Shown: piece after piece, positions 1-11,240 of the stretch
Numbering within the stretch: the stretch's first letter is position 1
Layout of the letters: every line of letters starts with the position of its first letter
Assembly: GCF_044647545.1 (NCBI RefSeq)
Contig: NZ_CP172818.1
From: Escherichia coli
GTDB lineage: Bacteria > Pseudomonadota > Gammaproteobacteria > Enterobacterales > Enterobacteriaceae
Direction: 5' to 3' (one strand)
DNA length: 64,000 nt
Notes under the pieces: model-generated
Told to the model about the DNA's origin: nothing
Seen by the model: the letters and a program-made list of their open reading frames with translations, nothing else
The model's database searches: none
Position numbers and translations under genes: made by a program

Positions 1-91
1 AAAAATCATGATTAACTATTTGATGTTATTAGATTAATTATTGACTAAGATTGTTGGTGTTTGTAATAAAAAAACCACTCAGGAGTCTGAT

Positions 92-946
92 ATGGATGCT
101 CTTAGCCGTTTGTTGATGCTTAACGCTCCACAAGGAACGATCGATAAGAATTGCGTGTTAGGAAGTGACTGGCAACTTCCACATGGTGCCGGGGAATTGT
201 CGGTTATTCGTTGGCATGCGTTAACGCAAGGAGCGGCGAAGCTGGAAATGCCGACGGGAGAGATTTTTACATTACGCCCGGGAAATGTGGTCCTGCTACC
301 ACAAAATTCAGCTCATCGCCTGAGTCATGTCGATAATGAATCGACCTGTATTGTCTGTGGCACTCTTCGACTGCAACATTCGGCGCGTTATTTTTTAACG
401 TCTTTGCCGGAAACGCTGTTTGTAGCACCAGTGAACCATAGCGTGGAATATAACTGGCTGAGGGAGGCGATCCCGTTTTTACAACAGGAATCCAGATCGG
501 CAATGCCGGGAGTGGATGCTCTGTGTAGCCAGATCTGCGCTACATTCTTTACCCTCGCGGTGCGTGAGTGGATTGCACAGGTTAATACAGAGAAAAACAT
601 TCTCAGTTTGCTTCTGCATCCACGTCTTGGTGCGGTAATACAGCAAATGCTGGAAATGCCAGGACACGCCTGGACCGTCGAATCGCTGGCCAGCATCGCC
701 CACATGTCCCGGGCAAGTTTTGCCCAGCTTTTCCGTGATGTTTCCGGAACCACGCCGCTGGCTGTATTAACAAAGTTGCGTCTACAAATAGCGGCCCAGA
801 TGTTTTCCCGGGAAACGCTCCCTGTTGTGGTGATCGCTGAGTCAGTAGGCTATGCCAGTGAATCATCTTTTCACAAGGCGTTTGTTCGCGAGTTTGGTTG
901 TACCCCGGGAGAATATCGGGAAAGGGTCAGACAGCTTGCACCCTGA
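92..946 (+). CDS. rclR: AraC-family transcriptional activator (reactive chlorine stress regulator RclR-like), 284 aa from internal ATG of track ORF 41..946
   Basis: ORF track 41..946; C-terminal AraC HTH region; ATG at 92 gives the expected length; synteny upstream of ykgEFG. Confidence 0.8.
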   Translation: MDALSRLLMLNAPQGTIDKNCVLGSDWQLPHGAGELSVIRWHALTQGAAKLEMPTGEIFTLRPGNVVLLPQNSAHRLSHVDNESTCIVCGTLRLQHSARYFLTSLPETLFVAPVNHSVEYNWLREAIPFLQQESRSAMPGVDALCSQICATFFTLAVREWIAQVNTEKNILSLLLHPRLGAVIQQMLEMPGHAWTVESLASIAHMSRASFAQLFRDVSGTTPLAVLTKLRLQIAAQMFSRETLPVVVIAESVGYASESSFHKAFVREFGCTPGEYRERVRQLAP

Positions 947-1471
947 ATAAAACCGCCAGAAATCAGGGCAAAGATAATCCGCATTCCGGGAGTTGTGAGC
1001 CTTTCAACTATTTCTATTTCCAACGGTGGTTTTGGGCTTTATATATTTTTTTGATGGACTCTAGCTCAGTTTTTAAATAAAAATGCAAACTAAATTGCTT
1101 CAATTAAATAAAATCCCGACTATTACTTGATGCGTGATTATTGTCGGTGATTTTTTTGTACACCATCAGTGTATATCTCAATAACCCCTGAATAAGTAGC
1201 TCTGAATAGGTATAAGGGGTGTAGCCTTTTTAAATGGATTTCTTATGCCAAAAATGATCGTCGATTTCCCTATAAAATGTGAGCGATGCCGAAAGAAATA
1301 AAATTAGTTATTGCATTTGAAGTTTAGATGAAAGATTATCATTTGTCATACAAATGAGGGGTGGTATGTTGCTAGCCAATTAAAAAAGAACGCCATATTT
1401 ATTGATGATTGATCCCCCGGAAGGGGGGAACCATCGGGCATAAATGGGCATGAAGTAATGGAGTATTAGTT

Positions 1472-2191
1472 GTGAATGTCAATTTCTTTGTCACCTGTAT
1501 TGGTGACGCCCTGAAATCAAGAATGGCACGAGACTCCGTGCTGCTACTGGAAAAACTCGGCTGTCGCGTAAATTTCCCGGAGAAACAGGGATGCTGCGGT
1601 CAGCCTGCGATCAATAGTGGTTATATCAAAGAAGCGATTCCAGGGATGAAAAATCTGATCGCCGCACTGGAGGATAACGACGCTCCCATTATTTCACCGG
1701 CTGGCTCTTGCACCTATGCCGTAAAAAGTTACCCGACGTATCTGGCGGATGAACCTGAATGGGCATCACGTGCCGAAAAGGTTGCCGCGCGTATGCAGGA
1801 TCTCACCTCTTTTATTGTTAATACATTAGGGGTAGTCGATGTAGGTGCCAGTTTGCAAGGGAGAGCGGTGTATCACCCATCTTGTAGCCTGGCCCGTAAG
1901 CTGGGGGTGAAGGACGAACCACTTACGCTGCTGAAAAATGTGCGTGGACTGGAGCTGTTGACCTTTGCTGAACAGGATACCTGCTGCGGATTTGGCGGCA
2001 CGTTCTCGGTCAAAATGGCCGAAATATCCGGCGAGATGGTGAAAGAAAAGGTTGTGCACCTGATGGAAGTCCGCCCTGAGTATTTAATTGGTGCTGACGT
2101 GAGTTGCCTGCTGAACATCAGTGGACGATTACAACGGGAAGGGCAGAAAGTCAAAGTGATGCATATTGCTGAAGTGCTGATGAGTCGCTGA
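1472..2191 (+). CDS. ykgE: LutA-like Fe-S oxidoreductase subunit (cysteine-rich CCG domains), GTG start
   Basis: ORF track 1472..2191, 239 aa; repeated CCG motifs; GGAG 8-11 nt upstream; forms ykgEFG operon. Confidence 0.85.
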   Translation: MNVNFFVTCIGDALKSRMARDSVLLLEKLGCRVNFPEKQGCCGQPAINSGYIKEAIPGMKNLIAALEDNDAPIISPAGSCTYAVKSYPTYLADEPEWASRAEKVAARMQDLTSFIVNTLGVVDVGASLQGRAVYHPSCSLARKLGVKDEPLTLLKNVRGLELLTFAEQDTCCGFGGTFSVKMAEISGEMVKEKVVHLMEVRPEYLIGADVSCLLNISGRLQREGQKVKVMHIAEVLMSR

Positions 2192-2201
2192 GGATATAAA
2201 G

Positions 2202-3629
2202 ATGTCGATCAAAACCAGTAATACAGATTTTAAGACACGCATCCGTCAGCAAATTGAAGATCCGATCATGCGCAAAGCGGTGGCAAACGCGCAGCAGCGT
2301 ATCGGGGCAAATCGGCAAAAAATGGTCGATGAATTGGGGCACTGGGAGGAATGGCGCGATCGGGCCGCCCAGATACGTGATCATGTTCTGAGTAATCTCG
2401 ACGCTTATCTGTACCAGCTCTCAGAAAAAGTGACGCAAAACGGCGGTCACGTCTATTTTGCAAAAACCAAAGAAGACGCTACCCGCTACATTTTACAGGT
2501 TGCCCAACGCAAAAATGCCCGGAAGGTGGTGAAATCTAAATCGATGGTGACCGAAGAGATTGGTGTCAATCATGTGTTGCAGGATGCTGGCATTCAGGTG
2601 ATTGAAACCGATCTGGGTGAATACATTCTCCAGCTGGATCAAGATCCGCCCTCTCATGTTGTGGTCCCGGCAATTCATAAAGATCGCCATCAGATCCGTC
2701 GAGTGCTACACGAACGTCTGGGCTATGAGGGGCCGGAAACGCCTGAAGCGATGACCTTATTCATTCGGCAAAAAATCCGCGAAGATTTCCTCAGTGCTGA
2801 AATAGGTATTACCGGCTGTAATTTCGCGGTGGCAGAGACCGGTTCGGTATGCCTGGTGACCAATGAAGGTAATGCGCGAATGTGTACCACGCTGCCTAAA
2901 ACGCATATTGCAGTGATGGGAATGGAGCGTATTGCCCCCACGTTTGCCGAGGTAGATGTATTGATCACCATGCTGGCGCGCAGTGCCGTTGGTGCACGTT
3001 TGACGGGATACAACACCTGGCTGACAGGACCGCGCGAAGCGGGGCACGTTGATGGTCCTGAAGAGTTTCATCTGGTTATTGTCGATAACGGGCGTTCTGA
3101 GGTGCTGGCCTCTGAATTTCGGGATGTGCTGCGCTGTATTCGCTGCGGGGCTTGTATGAATACTTGTCCGGCATATCGCCATATTGGCGGTCATGGATAT
3201 GGCTCTATTTATCCAGGGCCAATTGGTGCGGTGATTTCTCCGCTACTTGGCGGCTATAAAGATTTTAAAGATTTACCCTACGCCTGCTCTTTATGCACTG
3301 CTTGTGACAACGTGTGTCCGGTGCGTATTCCGCTGTCAAAACTGATTTTGCGTCATCGTCGGGTGATGGCTGAAAAAGGGATCACCGCAAAAGCAGAGCA
3401 ACGGGCGATAAAAATGTTCGCTTATGCCAATAGTCATCCAGGATTGTGGAAAGTCGGGATGATGGCCGGCGCTCATGCGGCAAGCTGGTTTATCAATGGC
3501 GGCAAAACACCACTCAAATTTGGCGCGATTAGCGACTGGATGGAAGCACGCGATCTTCCTGAAGCTGACGGAGAGAGTTTCCGTAGTTGGTTTAAGAAAC
3601 ATCAGGCGCAGGAGAAAAAGAATGGATAA
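2202..3629 (+). CDS. ykgF: LutB-like iron-sulfur protein (4Fe-4S ferredoxin-type, CxxCxxCxxxCP motifs)
   Basis: ORF track 2202..3629, 475 aa; two CxxCxxC clusters visible in translation. Confidence 0.85.
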   Translation: MSIKTSNTDFKTRIRQQIEDPIMRKAVANAQQRIGANRQKMVDELGHWEEWRDRAAQIRDHVLSNLDAYLYQLSEKVTQNGGHVYFAKTKEDATRYILQVAQRKNARKVVKSKSMVTEEIGVNHVLQDAGIQVIETDLGEYILQLDQDPPSHVVVPAIHKDRHQIRRVLHERLGYEGPETPEAMTLFIRQKIREDFLSAEIGITGCNFAVAETGSVCLVTNEGNARMCTTLPKTHIAVMGMERIAPTFAEVDVLITMLARSAVGARLTGYNTWLTGPREAGHVDGPEEFHLVIVDNGRSEVLASEFRDVLRCIRCGACMNTCPAYRHIGGHGYGSIYPGPIGAVISPLLGGYKDFKDLPYACSLCTACDNVCPVRIPLSKLILRHRRVMAEKGITAKAEQRAIKMFAYANSHPGLWKVGMMAGAHAASWFINGGKTPLKFGAISDWMEARDLPEADGESFRSWFKKHQAQEKKNG

Positions 3630-4317
3630 TCGGAGCGAATTTTTGAATAACGTTGCTCAGGCACTGGGTCGCCCGCAGCGACTTGAACCGCAAGCAGAAG
3701 ATGCGCCGCTAAACAACTATGCTAACGAGCGGCTTACCGAACTTAACCAACAGCAGCGCTGTGACGCGTTTATCCAGTTTGCCAGCGATGTTATGTTGAC
3801 GCGCTGTGAACTGACCAGCGAGGCGCAGGCCGCAGAAGCTGCAATACGTCTGTGTAAAGAGCTGGGAGATCAGTCGATCGTGATTAGCGGTGACACGAGG
3901 CTGGAGGAATTGGGGATTAGCGAACGTTTGCAGCAGGAATGCAATGTCGTTGTTTGGGATCCGGCGAAAGGTATTGAGAACATATCACAAGCAGAGCAGG
4001 CTAAAGTTGGCGTAGTGTATGCTGAATATGGTTTAACCGAATCGGGAGGCGTGGTTCTTTTTTCCGCCGCCGGGCGCGGGCGTTCATTGAGCCTGCTCCC
4101 GGAATCTTCTCTTTTTATCCTGCGTAAAAGCACTATCCTGCCGCGTGTAGCGCAACTCGCAGAAAAATTGCATCAGAAAGCGCAGGCCGGTGAACGAATG
4201 CCTTCCTGCATTAACATCATTAGCGGCCCCAGTTCAACGGCGGATATTGAGCTTATCAAAGTCGTCGGAGTTCATGGCCCGGTGAAAGCGGTGTATCTGA
4301 TTATTGAGGATTGTTGA
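3622..4317 (+). CDS. ykgG: LutC-like subunit, 231 aa from internal ATG overlapping ykgF stop by 8 bp
   Basis: ORF track 3475..4317; ATG at 3622 preceded by GGAG; operon context. Confidence 0.75.
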   Translation: MDNRSEFLNNVAQALGRPQRLEPQAEDAPLNNYANERLTELNQQQRCDAFIQFASDVMLTRCELTSEAQAAEAAIRLCKELGDQSIVISGDTRLEELGISERLQQECNVVVWDPAKGIENISQAEQAKVGVVYAEYGLTESGGVVLFSAAGRGRSLSLLPESSLFILRKSTILPRVAQLAEKLHQKAQAGERMPSCINIISGPSSTADIELIKVVGVHGPVKAVYLIIEDC

Positions 4318-4427
4318 GAGAGATATGAAGTCTGGACATAAACCTGAAGAAGGCATACGAGGTTGAAAATAGCGTTTAGGACAACCTGACTTAACCCCGT
4401 TCCGTCATGGTTATGCTGCTCTTCTGT

Positions 4428-4460
4428 AAATATCCTGGCATTACTAATGCCAGGATATTT
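4428..4460. other. Perfect 33-bp palindrome (15-bp arms, 3-bp loop) between convergent ykgG and ykgH
   Basis: AAATATCCTGGCATT-ACT-AATGCCAGGATATTT read directly; no U-rich tail on either strand. Confidence 0.6.
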
Positions 4461-4559
4461 AAAGTGAAAAAGACAGGCATCCATTCCTGAAAACGGGTTC
4501 CCTTCCCGGTCATTGTCACTTCAGCTTTATACAGGCACTCTCTATCAGAATGCTGTTTA

Positions 4560-5058
4560 TTACTGCCCAGAGTTTTGTTGGTATTCATCTACCATTTTTT
4601 TGACAAGGCAAAACATTACAGAAATCACAATGCTTAGAAAAAATCCCAGAATCAGGCAAATGGCAGCAGGATATTTACTTTTTATTTCCGGTGAGCTTAT
4701 GGTTACACAGTCATCACCGTTCGGATACAATGACCAGTTCCTGGTCAGGTATATCATTTTTGTATAAAGCTCACTGTTAATTGCTGAAGGTGTTTGTATC
4801 TCATCGAGAACTTGCCTGCCGTTATGGTATTCTGACGCATACCATTTGATAATAGACGCATGCACGCGAGATATTTCCGCTTCAGCAGTTGGTAAATCTC
4901 TCTTATCTCCTGACCATTCCAGCTTTATTTCTCGTATACAGAAACAACAGCACCATTGCCATACAGATAGCTATAATAAAAAGGATAATACGAATCTTTT
5001 TCTTCAGATAAAATAAAATCTCAATCAGATCGATATCCTGTTTGATTTGTTCACTCAT
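4560..5058 (-). pseudogene. ykgH: ykgH-like inner membrane protein, reading frame broken by a 1-bp shift near 4930-4945
   Basis: ATG at 5058 opens a 53-codon frame that stops at about 4900; C-terminal 101 aa are in another frame (track ORF 4560..4865); the two parts overlap around an A-run. Confidence 0.5.
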
Positions 5059-5251
5059 AATATATCCAGAAAATAAAATCTGCCGCAGATAAATGAATTA
5101 ATAGTCTGTATCAGGAATGTTCGGGTTAAATATCAGCAAAAAGCCAGCATCATGAATACTGGATATGAAGCATGAGAGTTACCTCAGTGTTTTATATAAG
5201 GATTCGGTCCTCATAGTAGAACGGTAACTCTCAATCTGATAGGTTCCTGAG

Positions 5252-6940
5252 TCAGTTCACATCACGACTCATTTTTTTCGCTCTCACCGGCATCCCATTT
5301 GCCACATAATATCCCGCCGTGCTCCTCGGCAACGCATCCTTCCCGCGAATCATATCCGCTATTTTCTCGCCAATCATAATGGTCGTGGCGTTCAAATTGC
5401 CGGTGATAATTTGCGGCATAATTGACGCATCCACCACGCGCAGGCCTTCCAGCCCGTGTACGCGGCCTTCGCCGTCAACCACTGCCATCTCGTCATAACC
5501 CATTTTGCAGGTACCGCACGGGTGGAAGGCGGTTTCGGCGTGGTTACGCACGAACTCATCGAGCTGCTCATCCGTCTGGCATTCGACACCGGGGCTGATT
5601 TCGCGGCCACGATACTGATCCAGCGCCGGTTGATGCATGATCTCCCGGGTGATGCGAATTGCGTCGCGGAACTCCTGCCAGTCCTGCTCGTGCGACATGT
5701 AGTTAAACAGAATCGCTGGATGCTGGTGCGGGGCGCGGGATTTAATCCGCACATGCCCACGGCTTGGCGAGCGCATCGATCCGACGTGGCACTGGAAGCC
5801 GTGCTCTTTCACTGCGTTCGAGCCGTTATAGTTAATCGCTACTGGCAGGAAATGGTACTGAATATTCGGCCACGCAAATTCCTCACGGCTGCGAATAAAT
5901 CCGCCTGCTTCAAAGTGGTTGCTGGCACCAATGCCGGTGCCGCCAAACAGCCACTCCGCACCGATTTTCGGCTGATTCCACCACTGCAGGGCAGGGTAGA
6001 GGGAAACCGGTTCTTTGCACTCATATTGCAGATACATCTCCAGGTGATCCTGAAGATTTTCGCCGACGCCAGGTAATTCATGCACCAGCGGAATATCAAA
6101 CTCCGCCAGCAGTTCAGCGTTGCCGACGCCGGAGCGTTGCAGGATCTGCGGTGAAGCAATCGCGCCTGCACATAACAGCACTTCTTTATTCGCCGCCGCG
6201 CGGGTCGGAATGGTGCTGTCGCCTTCCAGCCACTCGACGCCCACCGCGCGTTTGCCGTCAAAAATGATGTGATCGGTCATGGCGTGAGTACGAATAGTCA
6301 GGTTAGGGCGCGATTTGGCCTGATCGAGATAGCCACGCGCGGTGCTGGCGCGACGGCCATGCGGCGTGACGGTGCGATCCATCGGGCCAAAACCTTCTTG
6401 CTGATAGCCGTTGAGATCGTCCGTGCGCGGGTAGCCCGCCTGCACGCCCGCTTCAATCATCGCTTCAAACAGCGGATTGACGCCGGGTTTGGAGGTGGTG
6501 ACGCTCACCGGGCCATCACCGCCGTGGTAGTCGTTCTCGCCCACATCGCGAGTCTCGGCCTTGCGGTAGTAGGGCAGGCAGTCGAGATAACTCCAGTTCT
6601 CCAGACCAGGTTCTTGTGCCCAGTTATCGAGATCCAGCGCATTGCCACGGATGTAGCACATACCATTGATCAGCGATGAACCGCCCAGACCTTTGCCGCG
6701 TCCGCACTCCATGCGGCGGTTGTTCATAAACGGTTCGGGTTCCGTCTCATAGGCCCAGTTGTAGCGTTTGCCCTGTAACGGGAACGCCAGCGCGGCGGGC
6801 ATCTGGGTGCGGAAGTCAAAGCGATAGTCCGGGCCGCCTGCTTCAAGCAGCAGCACGGTTATGTTCGGATCTTCAGTCAGACGGGTAGCGAGGACGTTGC
6901 CGGCTGAGCCGGCACCAATAATGATGTAGTCAAATTGCAA
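5252..6940 (-). CDS. betA: Choline dehydrogenase (GMC oxidoreductase), TTG start 5 nt after AGGAGG
   Basis: ORF track 5252..6985; N-terminal FAD motif [11 protein letters not shown]; TTG at 6940 with strong SD. Confidence 0.9.
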   Translation of the reverse strand: MQFDYIIIGAGSAGNVLATRLTEDPNITVLLLEAGGPDYRFDFRTQMPAALAFPLQGKRYNWAYETEPEPFMNNRRMECGRGKGLGGSSLINGMCYIRGNALDLDNWAQEPGLENWSYLDCLPYYRKAETRDVGENDYHGGDGPVSVTTSKPGVNPLFEAMIEAGVQAGYPRTDDLNGYQQEGFGPMDRTVTPHGRRASTARGYLDQAKSRPNLTIRTHAMTDHIIFDGKRAVGVEWLEGDSTIPTRAAANKEVLLCAGAIASPQILQRSGVGNAELLAEFDIPLVHELPGVGENLQDHLEMYLQYECKEPVSLYPALQWWNQPKIGAEWLFGGTGIGASNHFEAGGFIRSREEFAWPNIQYHFLPVAINYNGSNAVKEHGFQCHVGSMRSPSRGHVRIKSRAPHQHPAILFNYMSHEQDWQEFRDAIRITREIMHQPALDQYRGREISPGVECQTDEQLDEFVRNHAETAFHPCGTCKMGYDEMAVVDGEGRVHGLEGLRVVDASIMPQIITGNLNATTIMIGEKIADMIRGKDALPRSTAGYYVANGMPVRAKKMSRDVN

Positions 6941-6953
6941 ATAAACCTCCTGG

Positions 6954-8426
6954 TTAGAATATGGACTGGAATTTAGCCATCTCAACCTGGATGGACTTCA
7001 CCTGGGTGTAACTCTGGAGCGTCATCACGCCGTTCTCGCGACCAATGCCGGAGTGTTTGTAGCCGCCAACGGGCATCTCTGCCGGGGATTCGCCCCAGGT
7101 GTTGATCCAGCAAATACCCGCTTCCAGCTGATGAATGACGCGATGCGCGCGGTTCAGGTCCGCCGTCACGATACCCGCCGCCAGACCGTAGTCGGTATCG
7201 TTAGCGCGGCGAATGACTTCGTCTTCCGACTCGTAGGTCAGAATGGACATCACCGGCCCGAAAATCTCTTCGCGCACGATGGTCATTTCGTCGCGGCAAT
7301 CGGTGAACACGGTCGGTGCAACCCATGCGCCGTTATCGAAGCCATCGCCTTTCAGTACATCGCCGCCGCACAGTACGCGCGCGCCTTCCTCTTTGCCTTT
7401 GGCGATATAGCGCAGCACGTTATCGCGATGCGGGAAGCTGACCAGCGGGCCGAAGTTAGTTTGCGGATCGAAAACGTCGCCCGCGCGAATGCGCTCAACG
7501 CGCGCCAGAATCTTTTGTTCAAATGCGGCTTTGCATTTCGTCGGAACGAAGACGCGAGTGCCGTTGGTACACACCTGACCGGAGCTGAAGAAATTCGCCA
7601 TCATGGCGATATCGGCGGCGAGATCGAGATCCGCATCGTCAAAAACGATCAGCGGTGATTTACCGCCCAGCTCCATGGTCACTTCTTTCAGGGAAGAGGC
7701 CGCCGAGTTAGCCATCACTTTTTTGCCGCTGGCGACACCGCCGGTAAATGACACTTTGGCAATGCCCGGATGCTCGGTCAGATACTGCCCGGTTTCCGCA
7801 CCTACGCCCGGCAGCACGTTAAATACGCCGTCCGGCAGGCCCGCTTCGCTGTAAATGTCGGCCAGCTTTAACGCGGTAAGCGGGGTGACTTCGCTCGGTT
7901 TGAAAATCATCGCGTTGCCTGCCGCCAGCGCCGGTGCGGATTTCCACAAGGCAATCTGGATCGGGTAGTTCCATGCGCCAATCCCTGCCACTACGCCCAG
8001 CGGTTCGCGGCGGGTATAAACAAATGACGTCTCACGCAATGGGATCTGGCTGCCTTCCAGCGCCGGGATCAGCCCGGCGTAGTACTCCAGCACGTCCGCA
8101 CCGGTAACGATATCGACGGTTGATGTTTCCGAATACGCTTTTCCGGTGTCGAGGGTTTCCAGTTTTGCGAGTTCGTCATTGCGTTCACGCAGAATATCAA
8201 CGGCCCGACGCAGAATACGCGAGCGTTCCATAGCGGTCATCGCCGCCCAGATTTTTTGCCCCTGTTGGGCACTCTTCACGGCGCGATCGACATCCTCACG
8301 CCCGGCGGCCTGCACGGTCGCCAGCACGTTACCGTTGGCCGGGTTAATGGTCTCGAAGGTGCGACCGCTGGTGGCGGAGGTATAACCACCATGTATATAA
8401 AGCTGCTGTTCTGCCATTCGGGACAT
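6954..8426 (-). CDS. betB: Betaine aldehyde dehydrogenase
   Basis: ORF track 6954..8429, aldehyde dehydrogenase family sequence, 490 aa from second Met. Confidence 0.9.
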   Translation of the reverse strand: MSRMAEQQLYIHGGYTSATSGRTFETINPANGNVLATVQAAGREDVDRAVKSAQQGQKIWAAMTAMERSRILRRAVDILRERNDELAKLETLDTGKAYSETSTVDIVTGADVLEYYAGLIPALEGSQIPLRETSFVYTRREPLGVVAGIGAWNYPIQIALWKSAPALAAGNAMIFKPSEVTPLTALKLADIYSEAGLPDGVFNVLPGVGAETGQYLTEHPGIAKVSFTGGVASGKKVMANSAASSLKEVTMELGGKSPLIVFDDADLDLAADIAMMANFFSSGQVCTNGTRVFVPTKCKAAFEQKILARVERIRAGDVFDPQTNFGPLVSFPHRDNVLRYIAKGKEEGARVLCGGDVLKGDGFDNGAWVAPTVFTDCRDEMTIVREEIFGPVMSILTYESEDEVIRRANDTDYGLAAGIVTADLNRAHRVIHQLEAGICWINTWGESPAEMPVGGYKHSGIGRENGVMTLQSYTQVKSIQVEMAKFQSIF

Positions 8427-8439
8427 CACGTCTCCTCGG

Positions 8440-9027
8440 TTAATCGGTGGGTAAATGCTGAGTAATAAAGTGACGGGTCAGCGAGTGTGCGAGAGGTTTA
8501 TCCAGCGGTTTGCCGCTCAGTGCCGCGCGCAGCCATAATCCGTCAATCAGCGCGGCAAGGCCGTAGCCCGCTTCCTGTGCCTGGTGGCGCGGTAACTCGC
8601 GGTGAAATTCGCTCACCAGATTCGACAACAAGCGGCGGCTGCTCACCTGCTGCAAACGGTAAAGCATCGGCTGATGCATACTGCTGGCCCAAAACGCCAA
8701 CCAGGCTTTCATCGCAGCATTACTGACCTGCGTTTCATCGAAATTCCCGTCAACAATCGCCTGTAATCGCTGCTCTGGGCTACCATCCGTTAGCGCGTGT
8801 AATCGATTCAAAACCGCGTCACGCAGCTGACTGGTGATATCGCGCATGGTTGCTTCCAGCAGACCATTTTTGTCCCTGAAATAGTGGCTGATGATCCCCG
8901 TAGAAACGCCTGCACGGCGGGCGATCTGCGCGATCGTTGCATCGTGCATGCCCACTTCATTTATTGCTTCCAGCGTGGCGTCGATCAGTTGTCTGCGCCG
9001 GATCGACTGCATCCCCAATTTGGGCAT
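8440..9027 (-). CDS. betI: TetR-family repressor of the bet regulon
   Basis: ORF track 8440..9045; ATG at 9027 gives 195 aa; N-terminal HTH. Confidence 0.9.
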   Translation of the reverse strand: MPKLGMQSIRRRQLIDATLEAINEVGMHDATIAQIARRAGVSTGIISHYFRDKNGLLEATMRDITSQLRDAVLNRLHALTDGSPEQRLQAIVDGNFDETQVSNAAMKAWLAFWASSMHQPMLYRLQQVSSRRLLSNLVSEFHRELPRHQAQEAGYGLAALIDGLWLRAALSGKPLDKPLAHSLTRHFITQHLPTD

Positions 9028-9071
9028 TTTCGCCACTCCATTCATCAGCGTTGTTTATCTATTAAAGCGGT

Positions 9072-9091
9072 TATTGATTGGACGTTCAATA
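9072..9091. promoter_or_regulatory. Inverted repeat TATTGA-N8-TCAATA in the divergent betI/betT promoter region; candidate BetI operator
   Basis: Palindrome read directly between divergent betI and betT starts. Confidence 0.4.
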
Positions 9092-9155
9092 TAAAATGTG
9101 TCTTAATTGTTACGAGTTTGATTTTAAATGGTAACAATAACAGTGGGGATACTGG

Positions 9156-11189
9156 ATGACAGACCTTTCACACAGCAGGGAAAAGGACAAAATCAATCCG
9201 GTGGTGTTTTACACTTCCGCCGGACTGATTTTGTTGTTTTCCCTGACAACGATCCTGTTTCGCGACTTCTCGGCCCTGTGGATTGGCCGCACGCTGGACT
9301 GGGTCTCTAAAACCTTCGGTTGGTACTATCTGCTGGCGGCAACGCTCTATATTGTCTTTGTGGTCTGTATCGCTTGTTCGCGTTTTGGTTCGGTGAAGCT
9401 CGGGCCAGAACAATCAAAACCGGAATTCAGTCTGCTGAGTTGGGCGGCGATGCTGTTTGCTGCCGGGATCGGTATCGACCTGATGTTCTTCTCCGTAGCC
9501 GAACCGGTCACGCAGTATATGCAGCCGCCGGAAGGCGCGGGTCAGACGATTGAGGCCGCGCGTCAGGCGATGGTCTGGACGCTGTTTCACTACGGCTTAA
9601 CCGGCTGGTCGATGTATGCGCTGATGGGCATGGCGCTCGGATACTTTAGCTATCGTTATAATTTGCCGCTCACCATCCGCTCAGCGCTGTACCCGATCTT
9701 CGGTAAACGGATTAACGGGCCGATAGGTCACTCAGTGGATATTGCAGCGGTGATCGGCACCATCTTCGGTATTGCCACTACGCTCGGTATTGGTGTGGTG
9801 CAGCTTAACTATGGCTTGAGCGTACTGTTTGATATTCCCGATTCAATGGCGGCGAAAGCGGCACTGATCGCCTTGTCGGTGATCATCGCAACGATCTCTG
9901 TCACCTCCGGTGTCGATAAGGGCATTCGCGTGTTATCGGAACTTAACGTTGCGCTGGCGCTGGGGTTGATCCTGTTTGTGCTGTTTATGGGCGACACCTC
10001 GTTCCTGCTTAATGCGCTGGTGCTGAACGTTGGCGACTATGTGAATCGCTTTATGGGCATGACGCTCAACAGTTTTGCCTTCGACCGTCCGGTTGAGTGG
10101 ATGAATAACTGGACGCTCTTCTTCTGGGCATGGTGGGTGGCATGGTCGCCGTTTGTCGGCTTGTTCCTGGCGCGTATCTCGCGTGGGCGTACCATTCGCC
10201 AGTTCGTGCTGGGCACGTTGATTATTCCGTTTACCTTCACGCTGTTATGGCTCTCGGTATTCGGCAATAGCGCGCTGTATGAAATCATCCACGGCGGCGC
10301 GGCATTTGCCGAGGAAGCGATGGTCCATCCGGAGCGCGGCTTCTACAGCCTGCTGGCGCAGTATCCGGCGTTTACCTTTAGCGCCTCCGTCGCCACCATT
10401 ACTGGCCTGCTGTTTTATGTGACCTCGGCGGACTCCGGGGCGCTGGTGCTGGGGAATTTCACCTCGCAGCTTAAAGATATCAACAGCGACGCCCCCGGCT
10501 GGCTGCGCGTCTTCTGGTCGGTGGCGATTGGCCTGCTGACGCTAGGCATGCTGATGACCAACGGGATATCCGCGCTGCAAAACACCACGGTGATTATGGG
10601 CCTGCCGTTCAGCTTTGTGATCTTCTTCGTGATGGCGGGGTTGTATAAATCTCTGAAGGTAGAAGATTACCGCCGTGAAAGTGCCAACCGCGATACCGCG
10701 CCGCGACCGCTGGGGCTTCAGGATCGCCTGAGCTGGAAAAAACGTCTCTCGCGCCTGATGAATTATCCGGGCACGCGTTACACTAAACAGATGATGGAGA
10801 CGGTCTGTTATCCGGCAATGGAAGAAGTGGCGCAGGAACTGCGGTTGCGCGGCGCGTACGTGGAGCTAAAAAACCTGCCGCCGGAAGAGGGACAACAGTT
10901 GGGGCATCTGGATTTGTTGGTGCATATGGGCGAAGAGCAAAACTTTGTCTATCAGATTTGGCCGCAGCAATATTCGGTGCCGGGCTTTACCTACCGCGCA
11001 CGTAGCGGGAAATCGACCTACTACCGGCTGGAAACCTTCCTGTTAGAAGGCAGCCAGGGCAACGACCTGATGGACTACAGCAAAGAGCAGGTGATCACCG
11101 ATATTCTTGACCAGTACGAGCGGCATCTTAACTTTATCCATCTCCATCGTGAAGCGCCGGGCCATAGCGTGATGTTCCCGGACGCGTGA
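9156..11189 (+). CDS. betT: Choline transporter (BCCT family)
   Basis: ORF track 9156..11189, 677 aa, multi-TM BCCT-like sequence. Confidence 0.9.
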   Translation: MTDLSHSREKDKINPVVFYTSAGLILLFSLTTILFRDFSALWIGRTLDWVSKTFGWYYLLAATLYIVFVVCIACSRFGSVKLGPEQSKPEFSLLSWAAMLFAAGIGIDLMFFSVAEPVTQYMQPPEGAGQTIEAARQAMVWTLFHYGLTGWSMYALMGMALGYFSYRYNLPLTIRSALYPIFGKRINGPIGHSVDIAAVIGTIFGIATTLGIGVVQLNYGLSVLFDIPDSMAAKAALIALSVIIATISVTSGVDKGIRVLSELNVALALGLILFVLFMGDTSFLLNALVLNVGDYVNRFMGMTLNSFAFDRPVEWMNNWTLFFWAWWVAWSPFVGLFLARISRGRTIRQFVLGTLIIPFTFTLLWLSVFGNSALYEIIHGGAAFAEEAMVHPERGFYSLLAQYPAFTFSASVATITGLLFYVTSADSGALVLGNFTSQLKDINSDAPGWLRVFWSVAIGLLTLGMLMTNGISALQNTTVIMGLPFSFVIFFVMAGLYKSLKVEDYRRESANRDTAPRPLGLQDRLSWKKRLSRLMNYPGTRYTKQMMETVCYPAMEEVAQELRLRGAYVELKNLPPEEGQQLGHLDLLVHMGEEQNFVYQIWPQQYSVPGFTYRARSGKSTYYRLETFLLEGSQGNDLMDYSKEQVITDILDQYERHLNFIHLHREAPGHSVMFPDA

Positions 11190-11203
11190 TTGTTTTTGCA
11201 TAA

Positions 11204-11240
11204 AACCGCGCCATGTCTGCATATGGCGCGGTTTCTCTTA
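11204..11240 (+). terminator. Rho-independent terminator downstream of betT
   Basis: GC-rich stem AACCGCGCCAT / ATGGCGCGGTT with 8-nt loop followed by TCTCTT, 15 nt after betT stop. Confidence 0.6.
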
